A stretch of 64,000 nt of DNA from Candidatus Nanopelagicales bacterium. GTDB taxonomy: Bacteria > Actinomycetota > Actinomycetes > S36-B12. The translations under genes and the position numbers were made by a program. The notes under the pieces were generated by a model. The model did not search any database, had not been told where the DNA came from, and saw nothing but the letters and a program-made list of their open reading frames with translations. The stretch lies in contig JBILOY010000004.1 of assembly GCA_044374195.1 (NCBI GenBank), forward strand, positions 2,514-66,513, read 5' to 3'. Shown piece after piece: positions 9,410 through 19,280 of this stretch (its first letter is position 1; every line of letters starts with the position of its first letter).

Positions 9410-10344
9410 GTAGTGCATCCACGCTTCAGCACATGTACCAACAGATGCTGGAGATCAGGCTTATCGAGGAGGAGCTCCTTCTCGCCGTGAACGACGGCCG
9501 GGTCATCGGATCCACGCACTTGTGCATCGGACAGGAGGCCATCCCCGTGGGGGCCTGTGCGGCCCTGGGCGCGACCGACCCAGTCATCGCCACGTATCGC
9601 GGGCATGGTTGGGCGCTTTCACGTGGAGTGCCACCCGATCAGTTGATCGGGGAGATCTTCGGCCGCGATTCGGACCTCAACGGGGGCCGAGCCGGCTCGG
9701 CCTACCTGTCAGCGCCGCAGTACGGCTTCTTCGGGGAGAACTCGATCGTGGGCGCGGGGGTGCCAGTGGCCCTCGGCTTGGCCTTGGCCTGTTCACGCAC
9801 CGATGCCGACCGCTTGCCGCTTGTCTCTATCGGTGACGGCGCCATGAACCAGGGGAACGTGCACGAGTCCCTCAACATGTCTTCGGTCCTGAATCTCCCG
9901 ATGATCGTCGTTGTCGAGAACAACGGCTACGTCGAAATGACCCCGTCGAGCACGCTCACCGCCGTACCGGCCGCAAGTCGCGCTAGTGCGTACGCCATCG
10001 AGGCTCTCGAGGTTGACGGAAACGATCCGGAAGCAGTCCGCGACGCGGTCTCAGATGCCCGCAGGCGAGCCCTGGCCGGGTCACGACCAGTACTGGTTGA
10101 GGCACACACACGTCGGCTGGGTGGCCACTACTCCGGGGACGCTCAGCAGTACCGTCCTGCGGGTGAGATAGACGAGTGGAGGCTGACAGACCCGCTGGAG
10201 CAAGCGCACTCCAAGTTATCCCCGGAGGCCTCCGCCCGCGCCGAGAGCGAGGCCCGCGCTGTCGTGGCAGCGGCGTTCGCTCAAGCCGAACTCATGCCCC
10301 AACCAGACCCCCAGAAGGTGATGACCCATGTCTTCGCTGAGTGA
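9406..10344 (+). CDS. TPP-dependent 2-oxoacid/acetoin dehydrogenase E1 component, alpha subunit
   Basis: Motifs TYRGHG, GDGAMNQG and NNGY. Confidence 0.9.
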   Translation: MSSASTLQHMYQQMLEIRLIEEELLLAVNDGRVIGSTHLCIGQEAIPVGACAALGATDPVIATYRGHGWALSRGVPPDQLIGEIFGRDSDLNGGRAGSAYLSAPQYGFFGENSIVGAGVPVALGLALACSRTDADRLPLVSIGDGAMNQGNVHESLNMSSVLNLPMIVVVENNGYVEMTPSSTLTAVPAASRASAYAIEALEVDGNDPEAVRDAVSDARRRALAGSRPVLVEAHTRRLGGHYSGDAQQYRPAGEIDEWRLTDPLEQAHSKLSPEASARAESEARAVVAAAFAQAELMPQPDPQKVMTHVFAE

Positions 10345-11326
10345 CCCGCTCGAGCTGAGTTACATCCGCGCGGTCAACCTGGCCCTGGACGAACTGCTGC
10401 AGTCCGACCGCCGTGTCGTGGTCTACGGCGAAGACGTTGCGATACCCAACGGTCCGTTCGGCGCCACCAAGGGACTGCACGCCAAGTATGGCGATCGGGT
10501 CTTCGACACCCCCATCTCGGAATCAGCGATGGTCGGCGCCGCCCTGGGAGCTGCCATGGGTGGGCTGAGGCCCATCGTCGAGATCATGTATGCAGATTTC
10601 CTGCTGGTCGCCATGGACCAGATCGTCAACCAGGTCGCCAACTCGCGTTACGTCTCGAGGGGTCGACTCGGTGCCCCGTTGGTCATCCGGACTCAGCAGG
10701 GCAGTACGCCAGGTTCCTGTGCTCAGCACAGCCAAAGCCTTGAATCGATGTTCGCGCACGTGCCCGGCCTACGAATTGCAGTACCAGCGACGCCGCAGGA
10801 CGCCTTCGCCGTCCTCCGCGATGCCGCCCTGATTGACGATCCAATGATGGTCTTCGAATCGCGGCGCCTGTACCCGATCAAGGGTTCCGTTCGGACGGAA
10901 ACGGGGTTCAGCCGCATGGGTCAGGCGGACCTGGTTCGCTCCGGTACCGACGTAACCGTTGTCGCGTGGGGTACAGCCCTGAACTGGAGCAAGGAGGCTG
11001 CTGAGCAGCTCGCGGCTTCGGGGATCTCATGTGATGTGCTGGACCTGCGCTGGATCTCTCCGTGGGATCGCGCTGCGGTCCTGGCGTCGGCGTCGAGAAC
11101 CGGTCACCTCGTGGTGGTTCACGAAGCCAACAGAGTCAGCGGCTTCGGCGCCGAGATCGTGAGCGTCGCATTCGAGGAACTGGGCTCCGATTTGAAGGGC
11201 GCCCTCCGCATCGGTAGCGAGCCAGTTCCGATGCCATCGTCACCAGTGCTGTCATCCGCAGTGCTTCCCACCGCCGACCGCATTGTTGCGGGCGTTCTGT
11301 CTCTACTGAAGGAGAAAGTCTCATGA
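10328..11326 (+). CDS. 2-oxoacid/acetoin dehydrogenase E1 component, beta subunit
   Basis: Motifs DTPISE, EIMYADF and a transketolase C-terminal-like region. Overlaps the alpha subunit by 17 nt. Confidence 0.9.
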   Translation: MSSLSDPLELSYIRAVNLALDELLQSDRRVVVYGEDVAIPNGPFGATKGLHAKYGDRVFDTPISESAMVGAALGAAMGGLRPIVEIMYADFLLVAMDQIVNQVANSRYVSRGRLGAPLVIRTQQGSTPGSCAQHSQSLESMFAHVPGLRIAVPATPQDAFAVLRDAALIDDPMMVFESRRLYPIKGSVRTETGFSRMGQADLVRSGTDVTVVAWGTALNWSKEAAEQLAASGISCDVLDLRWISPWDRAAVLASASRTGHLVVVHEANRVSGFGAEIVSVAFEELGSDLKGALRIGSEPVPMPSSPVLSSAVLPTADRIVAGVLSLLKEKVS

Positions 11327-12132
11327 GTTGCACCAGGTTGACAGGCAAGGTCACCCTCATCACCGGAGCTGCAAGTGGCGTGGGTCGATCCACGGCCCGA
11401 CGATTCGCGCAGGAGGGGGCGGAGGTTGTGATCATGGTCGACCGGAACAGCGACGCGCTTCCAGCCGTCGTGGAGGAAGTGTCAGCGGTCGGAAGTGCCC
11501 AGGTCATCGGCGTGAACGGCGATGTGTCCATCGACGCTGACTGCGAGCGCTTCGTAGCAACCGCCGTCGAGCAGTTTGGGAGACTCGACGTGCTCGTCAG
11601 CAACGCTCCGGCCCACACGTCGGCGCCATTCCTGGAGCTGCAGCGCGACGACTGGGACATCTTGATGGGAGTCATGCTGCGGGCGAGTTTCGTGCTCGGA
11701 CAGCTCGCCGCAAGGGCCATGGTCGATCGTGGCAATGGCGGGTCAATCCTCTACACCGCGTCAGTCTCGGCCCTCGGCGCATCCAAGCAGTACGCGCACT
11801 ATGGGGCTGCGAAGGCTGGGATCGTCAACCTGACCCAGACGATGGCCATTGAGCTCGTCGACTACGGCATCCGAGTCAACTCGGTCAGCCCCGGGCCCCT
11901 AGACACACCGCAGTCGCGCGACGTTCTCGGCAGCGACGAGGCTATGGAGCGCGCTCGCGCACACTGGCCGTTGGTCCCCATGGGGCGCCTCGGGAAGCCG
12001 GAAGAGATCGCCGCCGCGTTTGCCTACCTAGCTTCAGACGATGCCGCCTACGTCACCGGTCAGAACCTGATCGTCGACGGAGGGCTGCGTGCACACAGTT
12101 ACTCGATACCTGAGGAGTTGACTACCAAGTGA
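11323..12132 (+). CDS. SDR-family oxidoreductase
   Basis: TGAASGVG cofactor motif and YxxxK (YGAAKAG). ATGA overlap upstream. Confidence 0.9.
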   Translation: MSCTRLTGKVTLITGAASGVGRSTARRFAQEGAEVVIMVDRNSDALPAVVEEVSAVGSAQVIGVNGDVSIDADCERFVATAVEQFGRLDVLVSNAPAHTSAPFLELQRDDWDILMGVMLRASFVLGQLAARAMVDRGNGGSILYTASVSALGASKQYAHYGAAKAGIVNLTQTMAIELVDYGIRVNSVSPGPLDTPQSRDVLGSDEAMERARAHWPLVPMGRLGKPEEIAAAFAYLASDDAAYVTGQNLIVDGGLRAHSYSIPEELTTK

Positions 12133-12872
12133 GAATCAATGAGCACATGTACATCGTCGGCGGCGGTGACTACGGGTACAACCTGTCGAACAAGTTGGAC
12201 AGCAACAGTTACGTTGTCGACACGGGGGAGGAACTGTGGCTGATCGACGCTGGCTTCGACGGCGGTGACCGCGTCCTCGCTAACATCAAGGCCGACGGCC
12301 TTGACCCGGCAAACATCACTCGGCTCTTTGTCACGCACTACCACGCTGACCATGCGGGTGCGTTGGCCTTCATGAGAAAGCGACTGGGAGACCAACTGCA
12401 GATCGGGATCTCGGAGCGAGCTGCTGCCACAGTCCGAGCGGGGGACGAGGACACGATTGGCCTGACATGGGCGAAGTCGTTCGGCTTCTACCCCAGCGAC
12501 TTCGTGTGGGAGCCCTGCGACATCGACGTTGAACTCACCCACAACCAGTCCGTGCGGAGCGGGGACTTCGAGATCACGGCGATCGAGACCGATGGCCACT
12601 GCAATGGGCACATGAACTTCCTCGTTACGGGGGACGGGAAGAGCTACCTGTTCACTGGGGATCATGTGTTCTGGGGCGGCAAGATCATTCTGCAGAACGT
12701 GGCCGACTCGAGCGTCCAGGAGTACGCGAAGTCGATGAACCGTCTCTTGGAGTATGAGTTCGGTGCGCTCATGCCCGGCCACCTCAACTTCTCTCTGGAG
12801 AACGGACGGCGGCATGTCCAGTTTGCCGCGGACCAGTTCAATCGCATCGGGCTTCCGCCGAGTCTTCTGTGA
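12129..12872 (+). CDS. MBL-fold metallo-hydrolase
   Basis: THYHADHAG metal motif. GTGA overlap upstream. Confidence 0.8.
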   Translation: MRINEHMYIVGGGDYGYNLSNKLDSNSYVVDTGEELWLIDAGFDGGDRVLANIKADGLDPANITRLFVTHYHADHAGALAFMRKRLGDQLQIGISERAAATVRAGDEDTIGLTWAKSFGFYPSDFVWEPCDIDVELTHNQSVRSGDFEITAIETDGHCNGHMNFLVTGDGKSYLFTGDHVFWGGKIILQNVADSSVQEYAKSMNRLLEYEFGALMPGHLNFSLENGRRHVQFAADQFNRIGLPPSLL

Positions 12873-12892
12873 CACGTCAGTGAGGAGATGCT

Positions 12893-14188
12893 ATGGACAC
12901 CAGTGGCTTCATCGAGTCTCGCCTACTTCATGGGTGCGCGCAGGGAGCGTGGGCGATTCGCCCACGCAACGTGCTGCTGCCCACGGGCGAACTTGCAGGT
13001 GGACTCGACATTGTTGTCCTCGGTGACTCCATCGTAGGTGTCGTCGGTTCGGGGGAGAGTGGTGTTCCACACGAGGACGTACTTCACTGGCCGAAGGGCA
13101 CCTTGCTCCCTGGCCTCATTGACTCGCATACCCACCTAACCTTCAGCGCAGATGGCGAAGTGGTAAGCAACGCGATCGGAGATTCCCCTCACCGGCAGGT
13201 TGCTCGTGCGTTTGGCAACGCCCAGTTGGCGCTCACGAAGGGCGTCACCACGGTCGTGGACTGCGGTGGACGCACCGAGGTCATGCTTACGGTCCGTCAG
13301 GCAAGCGAGAGCGGTCTCATTGTCTGCCCCACGGTTCTGGTGAGTGGTGCGCCGATCACGACAACGGCTGGGCACTGTCACTGGATTGGTGGCGTCGCCG
13401 ACACGACGGACGAGGTCATCAGACTTGCCCGGCAGCTGGTTCAGGACGGGGTCGACTTCATCAAGGTGATGCTGACCGGAGGGAACATCACTGCGGGGAG
13501 TAACCCGAAGCAGCTTCAGTATCCAGATGCGACTATCGCGGCCCTCGGCGCGGAGTGTCAGCGCTTGGGCAAGCCCCTGGTGGTGCACGCGCACAGTGAG
13601 CACGCGGTATCGCTTGCCGCACGATGCGCAGCAACTGTGATCGCGCACGCATCCTGTCAGGATGCGGAGGGGAAGGTGGCCTTGTCAGCCGACACCGTCG
13701 CCGCGTTGACGGTGGCCGGCACCAGTGTGGATGCGACGATCACGGTCGGAGACCTAGAGGGAGAGACGACTGCGGATCCTGCAGTCCAGCGTCGGAACGA
13801 TCAGCGCACGGCCATGCTGCCGCTGTTCCGCCGGATGCACGAGGCCGGCGTCACTATCCTCGCGGGAACCGACGGTGGGGTTCCGGGAGTGCATCACGGC
13901 GAAGTTGGTCGAGCGATTATTGCTCTTCACCGCGAGGTCGGCATTCCACTAGGCGAAGCGCTGTTGAGTGGCACGAAGCACCCGGCGGAGGTCTTTGGAC
14001 GCGGCGAGCGCTTGGGCGTGATTCAGGCGGATGCCCGGGCAGATCTGCTTCTCCTTGAGGGCGATGTCACCACCGATATTGCAGCCGTGCGTCGGCCTGC
14101 CTTGGTCTGGATGAAGGGTCAACTCGTGTCGCGTAGCGGCCACCTCCTGGCGGGGGCGCCTGCGCCAATGTTGTCGAGCCGAGCGTGA
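12893..14188 (+). CDS. Amidohydrolase-superfamily metal-dependent hydrolase (COG1228-like)
   Basis: Motifs DSHTHL, VHAHS and GTDGG. GAGGAG RBS. Confidence 0.8.
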   Translation: MDTSGFIESRLLHGCAQGAWAIRPRNVLLPTGELAGGLDIVVLGDSIVGVVGSGESGVPHEDVLHWPKGTLLPGLIDSHTHLTFSADGEVVSNAIGDSPHRQVARAFGNAQLALTKGVTTVVDCGGRTEVMLTVRQASESGLIVCPTVLVSGAPITTTAGHCHWIGGVADTTDEVIRLARQLVQDGVDFIKVMLTGGNITAGSNPKQLQYPDATIAALGAECQRLGKPLVVHAHSEHAVSLAARCAATVIAHASCQDAEGKVALSADTVAALTVAGTSVDATITVGDLEGETTADPAVQRRNDQRTAMLPLFRRMHEAGVTILAGTDGGVPGVHHGEVGRAIIALHREVGIPLGEALLSGTKHPAEVFGRGERLGVIQADARADLLLLEGDVTTDIAAVRRPALVWMKGQLVSRSGHLLAGAPAPMLSSRA

Positions 14189-14511
14189 TCCGCTACACGG
14201 TTCTGCTGCGCCGGGCAGATGGAGTTGATCGTGAACGGTTCCTGCACATGTGGCTGGGCGAGCACCAGGCCATGGCCTGGAGGCTGCCCGGAGTCCTTCA
14301 CGTCGCCTTCCACCCCACAGTCGCGGAGCAAGGTGACTTCGACGGCATCGGCCAGCTGGACTTCGTGGACGAAGCCGCGCTCAACGACGCCCTCAGCACG
14401 GACGCGGCCCGCCGACTTCGGGCACACACGGCGACCTTCGCCGACTTGGAGTCGATCATCCGAGTGGTGGTCGACGCGACTCCCGAGACTCCCGCGACTT
14501 CTGGCGACTAG
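14185..14511 (+). CDS. EthD-domain protein
   Basis: 108 aa with N-terminus MIRYTVLLRR and EthD-like layout. GTGA overlap upstream. Confidence 0.6.
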   Translation: MIRYTVLLRRADGVDRERFLHMWLGEHQAMAWRLPGVLHVAFHPTVAEQGDFDGIGQLDFVDEAALNDALSTDAARRLRAHTATFADLESIIRVVVDATPETPATSGD

Positions 14512-14563
14512 TCAATGTTCGCACGACCGGTCACGGCGGTCGGCACTCTGAAAGGGATTCAGC

Positions 14564-16048
14564 ATGATGGCGAACGCAAGAGGCTATCGAGAAGGGTTCG
14601 AGTACAGCTTCTCTCGACTCGATCCCCAGTCGGCACATGTTGATCCACCAGCGGTAGCCCTGTATGAGACCCTCTTAGCGCGAGGGCCAGCCGGCGAACC
14701 GATACCACGCCTGGCGGAGTCGTGGCGCGTGCACGAGTCGGGCCTCATGTGGGACGTGAAACTGCAGCCGGGCCGCCTCTTCCACTCTGGTGCGCCTTGT
14801 GATGCACCGGCGGTTCTGCGGACTCTGAACGCCTTGCGCTCGGAGATGCAGGTACTGCCAAGTGGACGGCAACTGTGGTACTGGGACCCGGTGGACCGTG
14901 TCGAGGCTCTCGACGACACCACGCTGCGATTCCACCTTCTCTACCCGTACCCACGGCTGTACACGCTCCTGTGGGGCACGCACACCGCCATCCACAACGA
15001 GGACGCTCGCCTACGGAGTCCAGACGAGTTCGGAATCCTGCACGCTGATGGAACGGGTCCCTATCGGTTTGACAAGTGGAGTGAGGATCGCGTGGACCTT
15101 GCTCGGGCGGATGGCAAGCAGGGGGTCGCATCGCGGGCTGCATGGATCGCCCTGCCGTCGGCCAGTGATCGGCTTGCGGCGCTTCTTGCGGGCGAGGTGG
15201 ACTGTGTGCACGCGCTTGATGCGGCGGCCTTACGTCTTCTCGATGGAGATTCCCGGTTCAAGGTTGCACGGTATCCCCAGCCTTCAAGCATGTACTTGAC
15301 GCTCGACTGGGCGCGCGCCGAGTTGACCTTCGACCAGGTCGAAGTCCGACGGGCGCTGAGTCTTGCTATCGATCGTGAGCGAATCGTTCAGAAAGCGCTA
15401 GGAGGAATGGCGACTGAAGCGTCAGGCCCGCTGCCACCGGGCCTGGAGTTCCACGAGCCACGGGCTGCGAGTAACAGCGTTCGAGACCCGGAGCAGGCCC
15501 GTTCACTCCTGCGAACACATGGCTGGACAGTCGGCCCACGTGGAGTCTGCGAGCGAGACGGCGTCGAGTTCTCGTTCGAGTGCGTGGTCCAGGACGACGA
15601 GACCTTCAGGGCCGTCGCCGAGTGCGTCGCAGATGATCTCGCGGAGATCGGGGTGGAACTTCGACTTCGCTACTCGCGACCGTTCGCGCCCTTCTATTTT
15701 GACGTCTCGCTGCATCCGGCGGCCGCGATCTCGAAGTGGCTGTGGCCCGACACCGTGGAAGCCCTCCGCGGATTCTGTGACACCACGACCATTCCATTCC
15801 CGAACTGGCAGCGATCTTCTGTTCATGCCTTGGACTCGGCGTTCGACAGGTTCACACGTGCTCAGACACACGCTGAACTCACCGCGGCGGCCATCGACGT
15901 TCAAACGCGCTTCGCCGAGACCCTCCCCTACGTCCCACTCTTGACGCCGGACGACGTCTGGGCGTGGAACAAAGACCTCTTGGGGTTCGAGCCACAGCGC
16001 GGGGATCTCTATCCCCTCTATGACGACCTCGGCTGGAAGCCGCAGTAG
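14564..16048 (+). CDS. Family-5 (peptide/nickel type) solute-binding-protein homolog lacking signal peptide and lipobox
   Basis: SBP_bac_5-like blocks (LAESW, TGPYRF, LTLDW). The N-terminus MMANARGYREGFEY has no hydrophobic signal. No permease or ATPase genes are nearby. Confidence 0.75.
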   Translation: MMANARGYREGFEYSFSRLDPQSAHVDPPAVALYETLLARGPAGEPIPRLAESWRVHESGLMWDVKLQPGRLFHSGAPCDAPAVLRTLNALRSEMQVLPSGRQLWYWDPVDRVEALDDTTLRFHLLYPYPRLYTLLWGTHTAIHNEDARLRSPDEFGILHADGTGPYRFDKWSEDRVDLARADGKQGVASRAAWIALPSASDRLAALLAGEVDCVHALDAAALRLLDGDSRFKVARYPQPSSMYLTLDWARAELTFDQVEVRRALSLAIDRERIVQKALGGMATEASGPLPPGLEFHEPRAASNSVRDPEQARSLLRTHGWTVGPRGVCERDGVEFSFECVVQDDETFRAVAECVADDLAEIGVELRLRYSRPFAPFYFDVSLHPAAAISKWLWPDTVEALRGFCDTTTIPFPNWQRSSVHALDSAFDRFTRAQTHAELTAAAIDVQTRFAETLPYVPLLTPDDVWAWNKDLLGFEPQRGDLYPLYDDLGWKPQ

Positions 16049-16110
16049 TAGGACTGAGTCCCACTGGCGTCTGGCGCAATCGGTTGTTCTGCCTTCGCTA
16101 TGGTAGAGGC

Positions 16111-17160
16111 GTGACGAGGCGGACAGCGGCCGGCGGACTTCGCAGGGGGGTCACTCTCTCTGACGTTGCTAAGGCGGCCGGAGTGGATCAGTCGACGGTG
16201 TCCCGTGTGCTCCGCGATGATCCGCGCACCAAAGCGACACCCGAGACCCGCAAGCGCATTCGTCTGGCTGCATCCAAATTGGGCTATGTCCCCAACGCGA
16301 CGGCCCGGAGCCTTGCTGTCAGGAGCACGTCAACCATCGGGCTTCTCATCCCGAACGTGGCGGGTTTCGTCTACGCGGACATCATTCGAGGGGCCAGCGA
16401 CGCCGCTCGTGAACTCGGCTACGTCCTCGTTGTCGCCGATGCTTCCGAGCTGGGCCATGCGAGCGAGGCCATCCGACAACTCGTGCTTGAGGGCAGGGTC
16501 GACGGCATGCTCTTGGCGAGTGGAGTGGTCACTGACGAAGCAGCTCAGAGCCTGGTGGGTGAAAGCAGCAATGTCGTGGTCCTCAACCGCCAGATCGGAA
16601 GGCGTGGACCGCGAATCATCGAGGACGACGAGACGGGCATGCTCCTTGGCACCCGGGAGCTCATCGCGCACGGCCACCGCCGGATCGCCTTCCTCGCCGG
16701 TCCACCTGACGTGGACACGTCCCGCCGGCGCATCCAGGGGTACCGCCGAGCGATGCGGGATGCCGGCCTGCCGATCCCTTCCGGCGTGATCGTGCACGCA
16801 GGGTTCGATGAGGTAGACGGGTACCGAGGAATGCAGGCACTGCTGGACCGGCAACCACGGCCTACAGCAGTGGCTGTCGCATCACTTGTTTCGGCGGTCG
16901 GGGCGATGGCGGCCGTGCGCGACGCGGGGCTCGAGATCCCCCGGGACCTTTCGTTGGTCGCGTTCCATGACGCGCCGCTGGCGAACTACCTGGCGCCGCC
17001 GCTGACGACGATCGCGATGCCCTTGAACGAACTTGGGCGCCAGGCGGTCTTGATGCTGCACGATCGCATTCTTGGAAAGCCCGGTCCGATGCTGGTCAAG
17101 GTGCAAGATCCTGCACCGAAACTGGTGCGACGAGCGTCCGTGGCGGCTCCCACAGCTTGA
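16111..17160 (+). CDS. LacI-family transcriptional regulator
   Basis: HTH VTLSDVAKAAGVDQSTVSRVL followed by a periplasmic-binding-fold core. Start trimmed from 16084 to GTG 16111. Confidence 0.85.
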   Translation: MTRRTAAGGLRRGVTLSDVAKAAGVDQSTVSRVLRDDPRTKATPETRKRIRLAASKLGYVPNATARSLAVRSTSTIGLLIPNVAGFVYADIIRGASDAARELGYVLVVADASELGHASEAIRQLVLEGRVDGMLLASGVVTDEAAQSLVGESSNVVVLNRQIGRRGPRIIEDDETGMLLGTRELIAHGHRRIAFLAGPPDVDTSRRRIQGYRRAMRDAGLPIPSGVIVHAGFDEVDGYRGMQALLDRQPRPTAVAVASLVSAVGAMAAVRDAGLEIPRDLSLVAFHDAPLANYLAPPLTTIAMPLNELGRQAVLMLHDRILGKPGPMLVKVQDPAPKLVRRASVAAPTA

Positions 17161-17169
17161 AACAAGCGC

Positions 17170-19269
17170 TTGTCTTCGGGGAGCCGAGCCCACTACACTG
17201 AACGGGTGGTGAAGGCGTACCTCGACAGACAGTCGGTGGAACCAGGCGCAGCGTTGGCCCTGCACGCGACCGGGTCAGGCAGAGCCACGCTCACGATCCG
17301 AGGTTGGCAGCACTCGGACCCAAACCCGCGCGGGCCGGGAGTGCTTGTCACTGACTGTGACTGGGGGGCTGGCGTGATCGACGCCGGCCCCGAGGAGACC
17401 GCGAAGGGGTCGTTCGCCTACACGGAAGCCGCCCTACCTAGAACCGGGCCGTTCACCGTCAGTCTGTGGCTGCTGAGCACTTCCGAGGCAGAGACGTCCA
17501 CTGTGTTGTCGTGGAGAGGAAGCAGTTCCTCGTGGTCGCTCATCATTGACGGGGGACGGCTCGCACTCCGTGGAGAAGGTGGGGACACCGTCTCGTCCCT
17601 TCGCGTGCGGCCACGGCAGTGGACCTTCCTGGCCGTCGCGGTGCCCGACGTGTCTGAGTCCAGCAGTCCAGTGACCTTGGCGGCGGGTCACTGGGGGCGC
17701 ACGGGTGGACCCTTCGTGGAGGAGGTCACCCCTGCGGTCCAAGCGGACACGGCGAGTTCGGCTCTGTGGATAGGAGCGCCGGCGGACGGGAGGCGCGGCG
17801 ACTTGGATGGGGTGGTCGCCGGCGTATCGATTCACCAAGAGGCTCTCGACATCGTCGCCTTGATGGATGTCATGAACGGAGTGGGGCCCGAGGCGCGGCA
17901 CCGCTGGGACATGAGCATCCGCGAGGATCCAGACCATGTGGCGCCGTTGGGGGCGGCCACGCCAGCACTTGCGCTGTACAACGCCCCGGCGTGGAGCACT
18001 CAGGTGCCGCCGCCGATCAGCTCGAACGGTCAGCGGGTGACGACACCGGGGTCGATTCACTTTCACACCGATGATGTCGAGGACTGCGGATGGCCCCTCG
18101 TTCACACGATCGATGTACCGCCTGAGACGCCATCCGGCATCTACACGGCCCGCCTCGTTGATGGTGCGGGAGCCACGGAGGTCCCCTTCGTCGTTGCCGG
18201 ACGGTCCGCAGTCATGCTCCTTGCCCCAACCCTCACCTGGCAGGCGTACGGAAACCTTGGCCGTGACCCCGATACATGGCCGGGTCGCTCTCTATATTCA
18301 CTCCACGCGGATGGCTCGCCGGTCTTGGTCAACACGGCGCTCCGCCCCTGCCCAACGCTTGAGCCGCAGGCCCGATTGGAGGTAGACGGCGGTGACGGAT
18401 TCGCTGAGGGCACTGGTGTGGTGGCGCACCTGCTGATGGCCGATCTCTATGCATGGCACTGGCTGACGGAAGGCGGATTCAGCCCCGCGGTCATGGACGA
18501 TCGCGAACTGCACGCGCGCGGCTACTCAGCTCTTGACGGCGTTCGCGTTCTCGTGCTCTCTGCCCATCCGGAGTACTGGACGAGCGCCATGCTCGACGCA
18601 CTAGACCGGTTCGTTGAAGACGGCGGCAGTGTTGTCTATCTGGGCGGAAACGGACTGTACTGGGTGACATCCCTGCACCCCACCAAACCGCACCTGATGG
18701 AGGTGCGTCGCTGGGGAGGCTCACAGACATGGTCCGTCGAGGAAGCGGATCGGCCTCATCAGTACGAGCAATGCCTCGGCGGGCTCTGGGCGGATGCGAA
18801 GCGCCCGCCGAACCTGCAGGTGGGCGTGGGATTCGCCGGGTTCGGCGCCGGGCCATCCCTCACGTACGTGCGAACAGAAGCGAGTTACACAGAGGAGTGG
18901 AGTTGGGTCTTCGAAGGAGTGAACACGACGGAGTTCGGCGGCGACGGGATCAACGTGGGCGTTGGCAATGAGTTCGACTCGTTCGATCCCTTGGTCGCTG
19001 CACCCGGTCGCACGACCGTTTTGGCGACGGCACAGCCCGTGACACCTGACCACTTCGCAACCTTCGAGGGCGGTCCGGGGCGGGCACCCAACCCAAAGGT
19101 TCGAGCCGATCTCGCGGTTACGGCCACCCCAGGCGGCGGACTCATCCTCGCCGTGAGCTCCATCACCGCAAGCGGATGCCTGGTGGTCACGGAAGGCCCG
19201 AAGACACTTCGACGCGTGTGTACCAACATTCTTGAGCACATGGTGGCGAACTCGCGGCCTCATTGGTAA
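17170..19269 (+). CDS. N,N-dimethylformamidase large(beta)-subunit-like protein with LamG-like jelly-roll insert
   Basis: Blocks LTWQAYGN and SAHPEYWTSAMLDALDRFVEDGGSVVYLGGNGLYW recall this family. Alternative start at GTG 17206. Confidence 0.6.
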   Translation: MSSGSRAHYTERVVKAYLDRQSVEPGAALALHATGSGRATLTIRGWQHSDPNPRGPGVLVTDCDWGAGVIDAGPEETAKGSFAYTEAALPRTGPFTVSLWLLSTSEAETSTVLSWRGSSSSWSLIIDGGRLALRGEGGDTVSSLRVRPRQWTFLAVAVPDVSESSSPVTLAAGHWGRTGGPFVEEVTPAVQADTASSALWIGAPADGRRGDLDGVVAGVSIHQEALDIVALMDVMNGVGPEARHRWDMSIREDPDHVAPLGAATPALALYNAPAWSTQVPPPISSNGQRVTTPGSIHFHTDDVEDCGWPLVHTIDVPPETPSGIYTARLVDGAGATEVPFVVAGRSAVMLLAPTLTWQAYGNLGRDPDTWPGRSLYSLHADGSPVLVNTALRPCPTLEPQARLEVDGGDGFAEGTGVVAHLLMADLYAWHWLTEGGFSPAVMDDRELHARGYSALDGVRVLVLSAHPEYWTSAMLDALDRFVEDGGSVVYLGGNGLYWVTSLHPTKPHLMEVRRWGGSQTWSVEEADRPHQYEQCLGGLWADAKRPPNLQVGVGFAGFGAGPSLTYVRTEASYTEEWSWVFEGVNTTEFGGDGINVGVGNEFDSFDPLVAAPGRTTVLATAQPVTPDHFATFEGGPGRAPNPKVRADLAVTATPGGGLILAVSSITASGCLVVTEGPKTLRRVCTNILEHMVANSRPHW

Positions 19270-19280
19270 GGGAAACACGT

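Noticed and set aside
12099-12875. 258-aa minus-strand ORF
   Set aside because: It is antisense to the MBL-fold hydrolase, which carries the HxHxDH motif and is translationally coupled to its neighbours.
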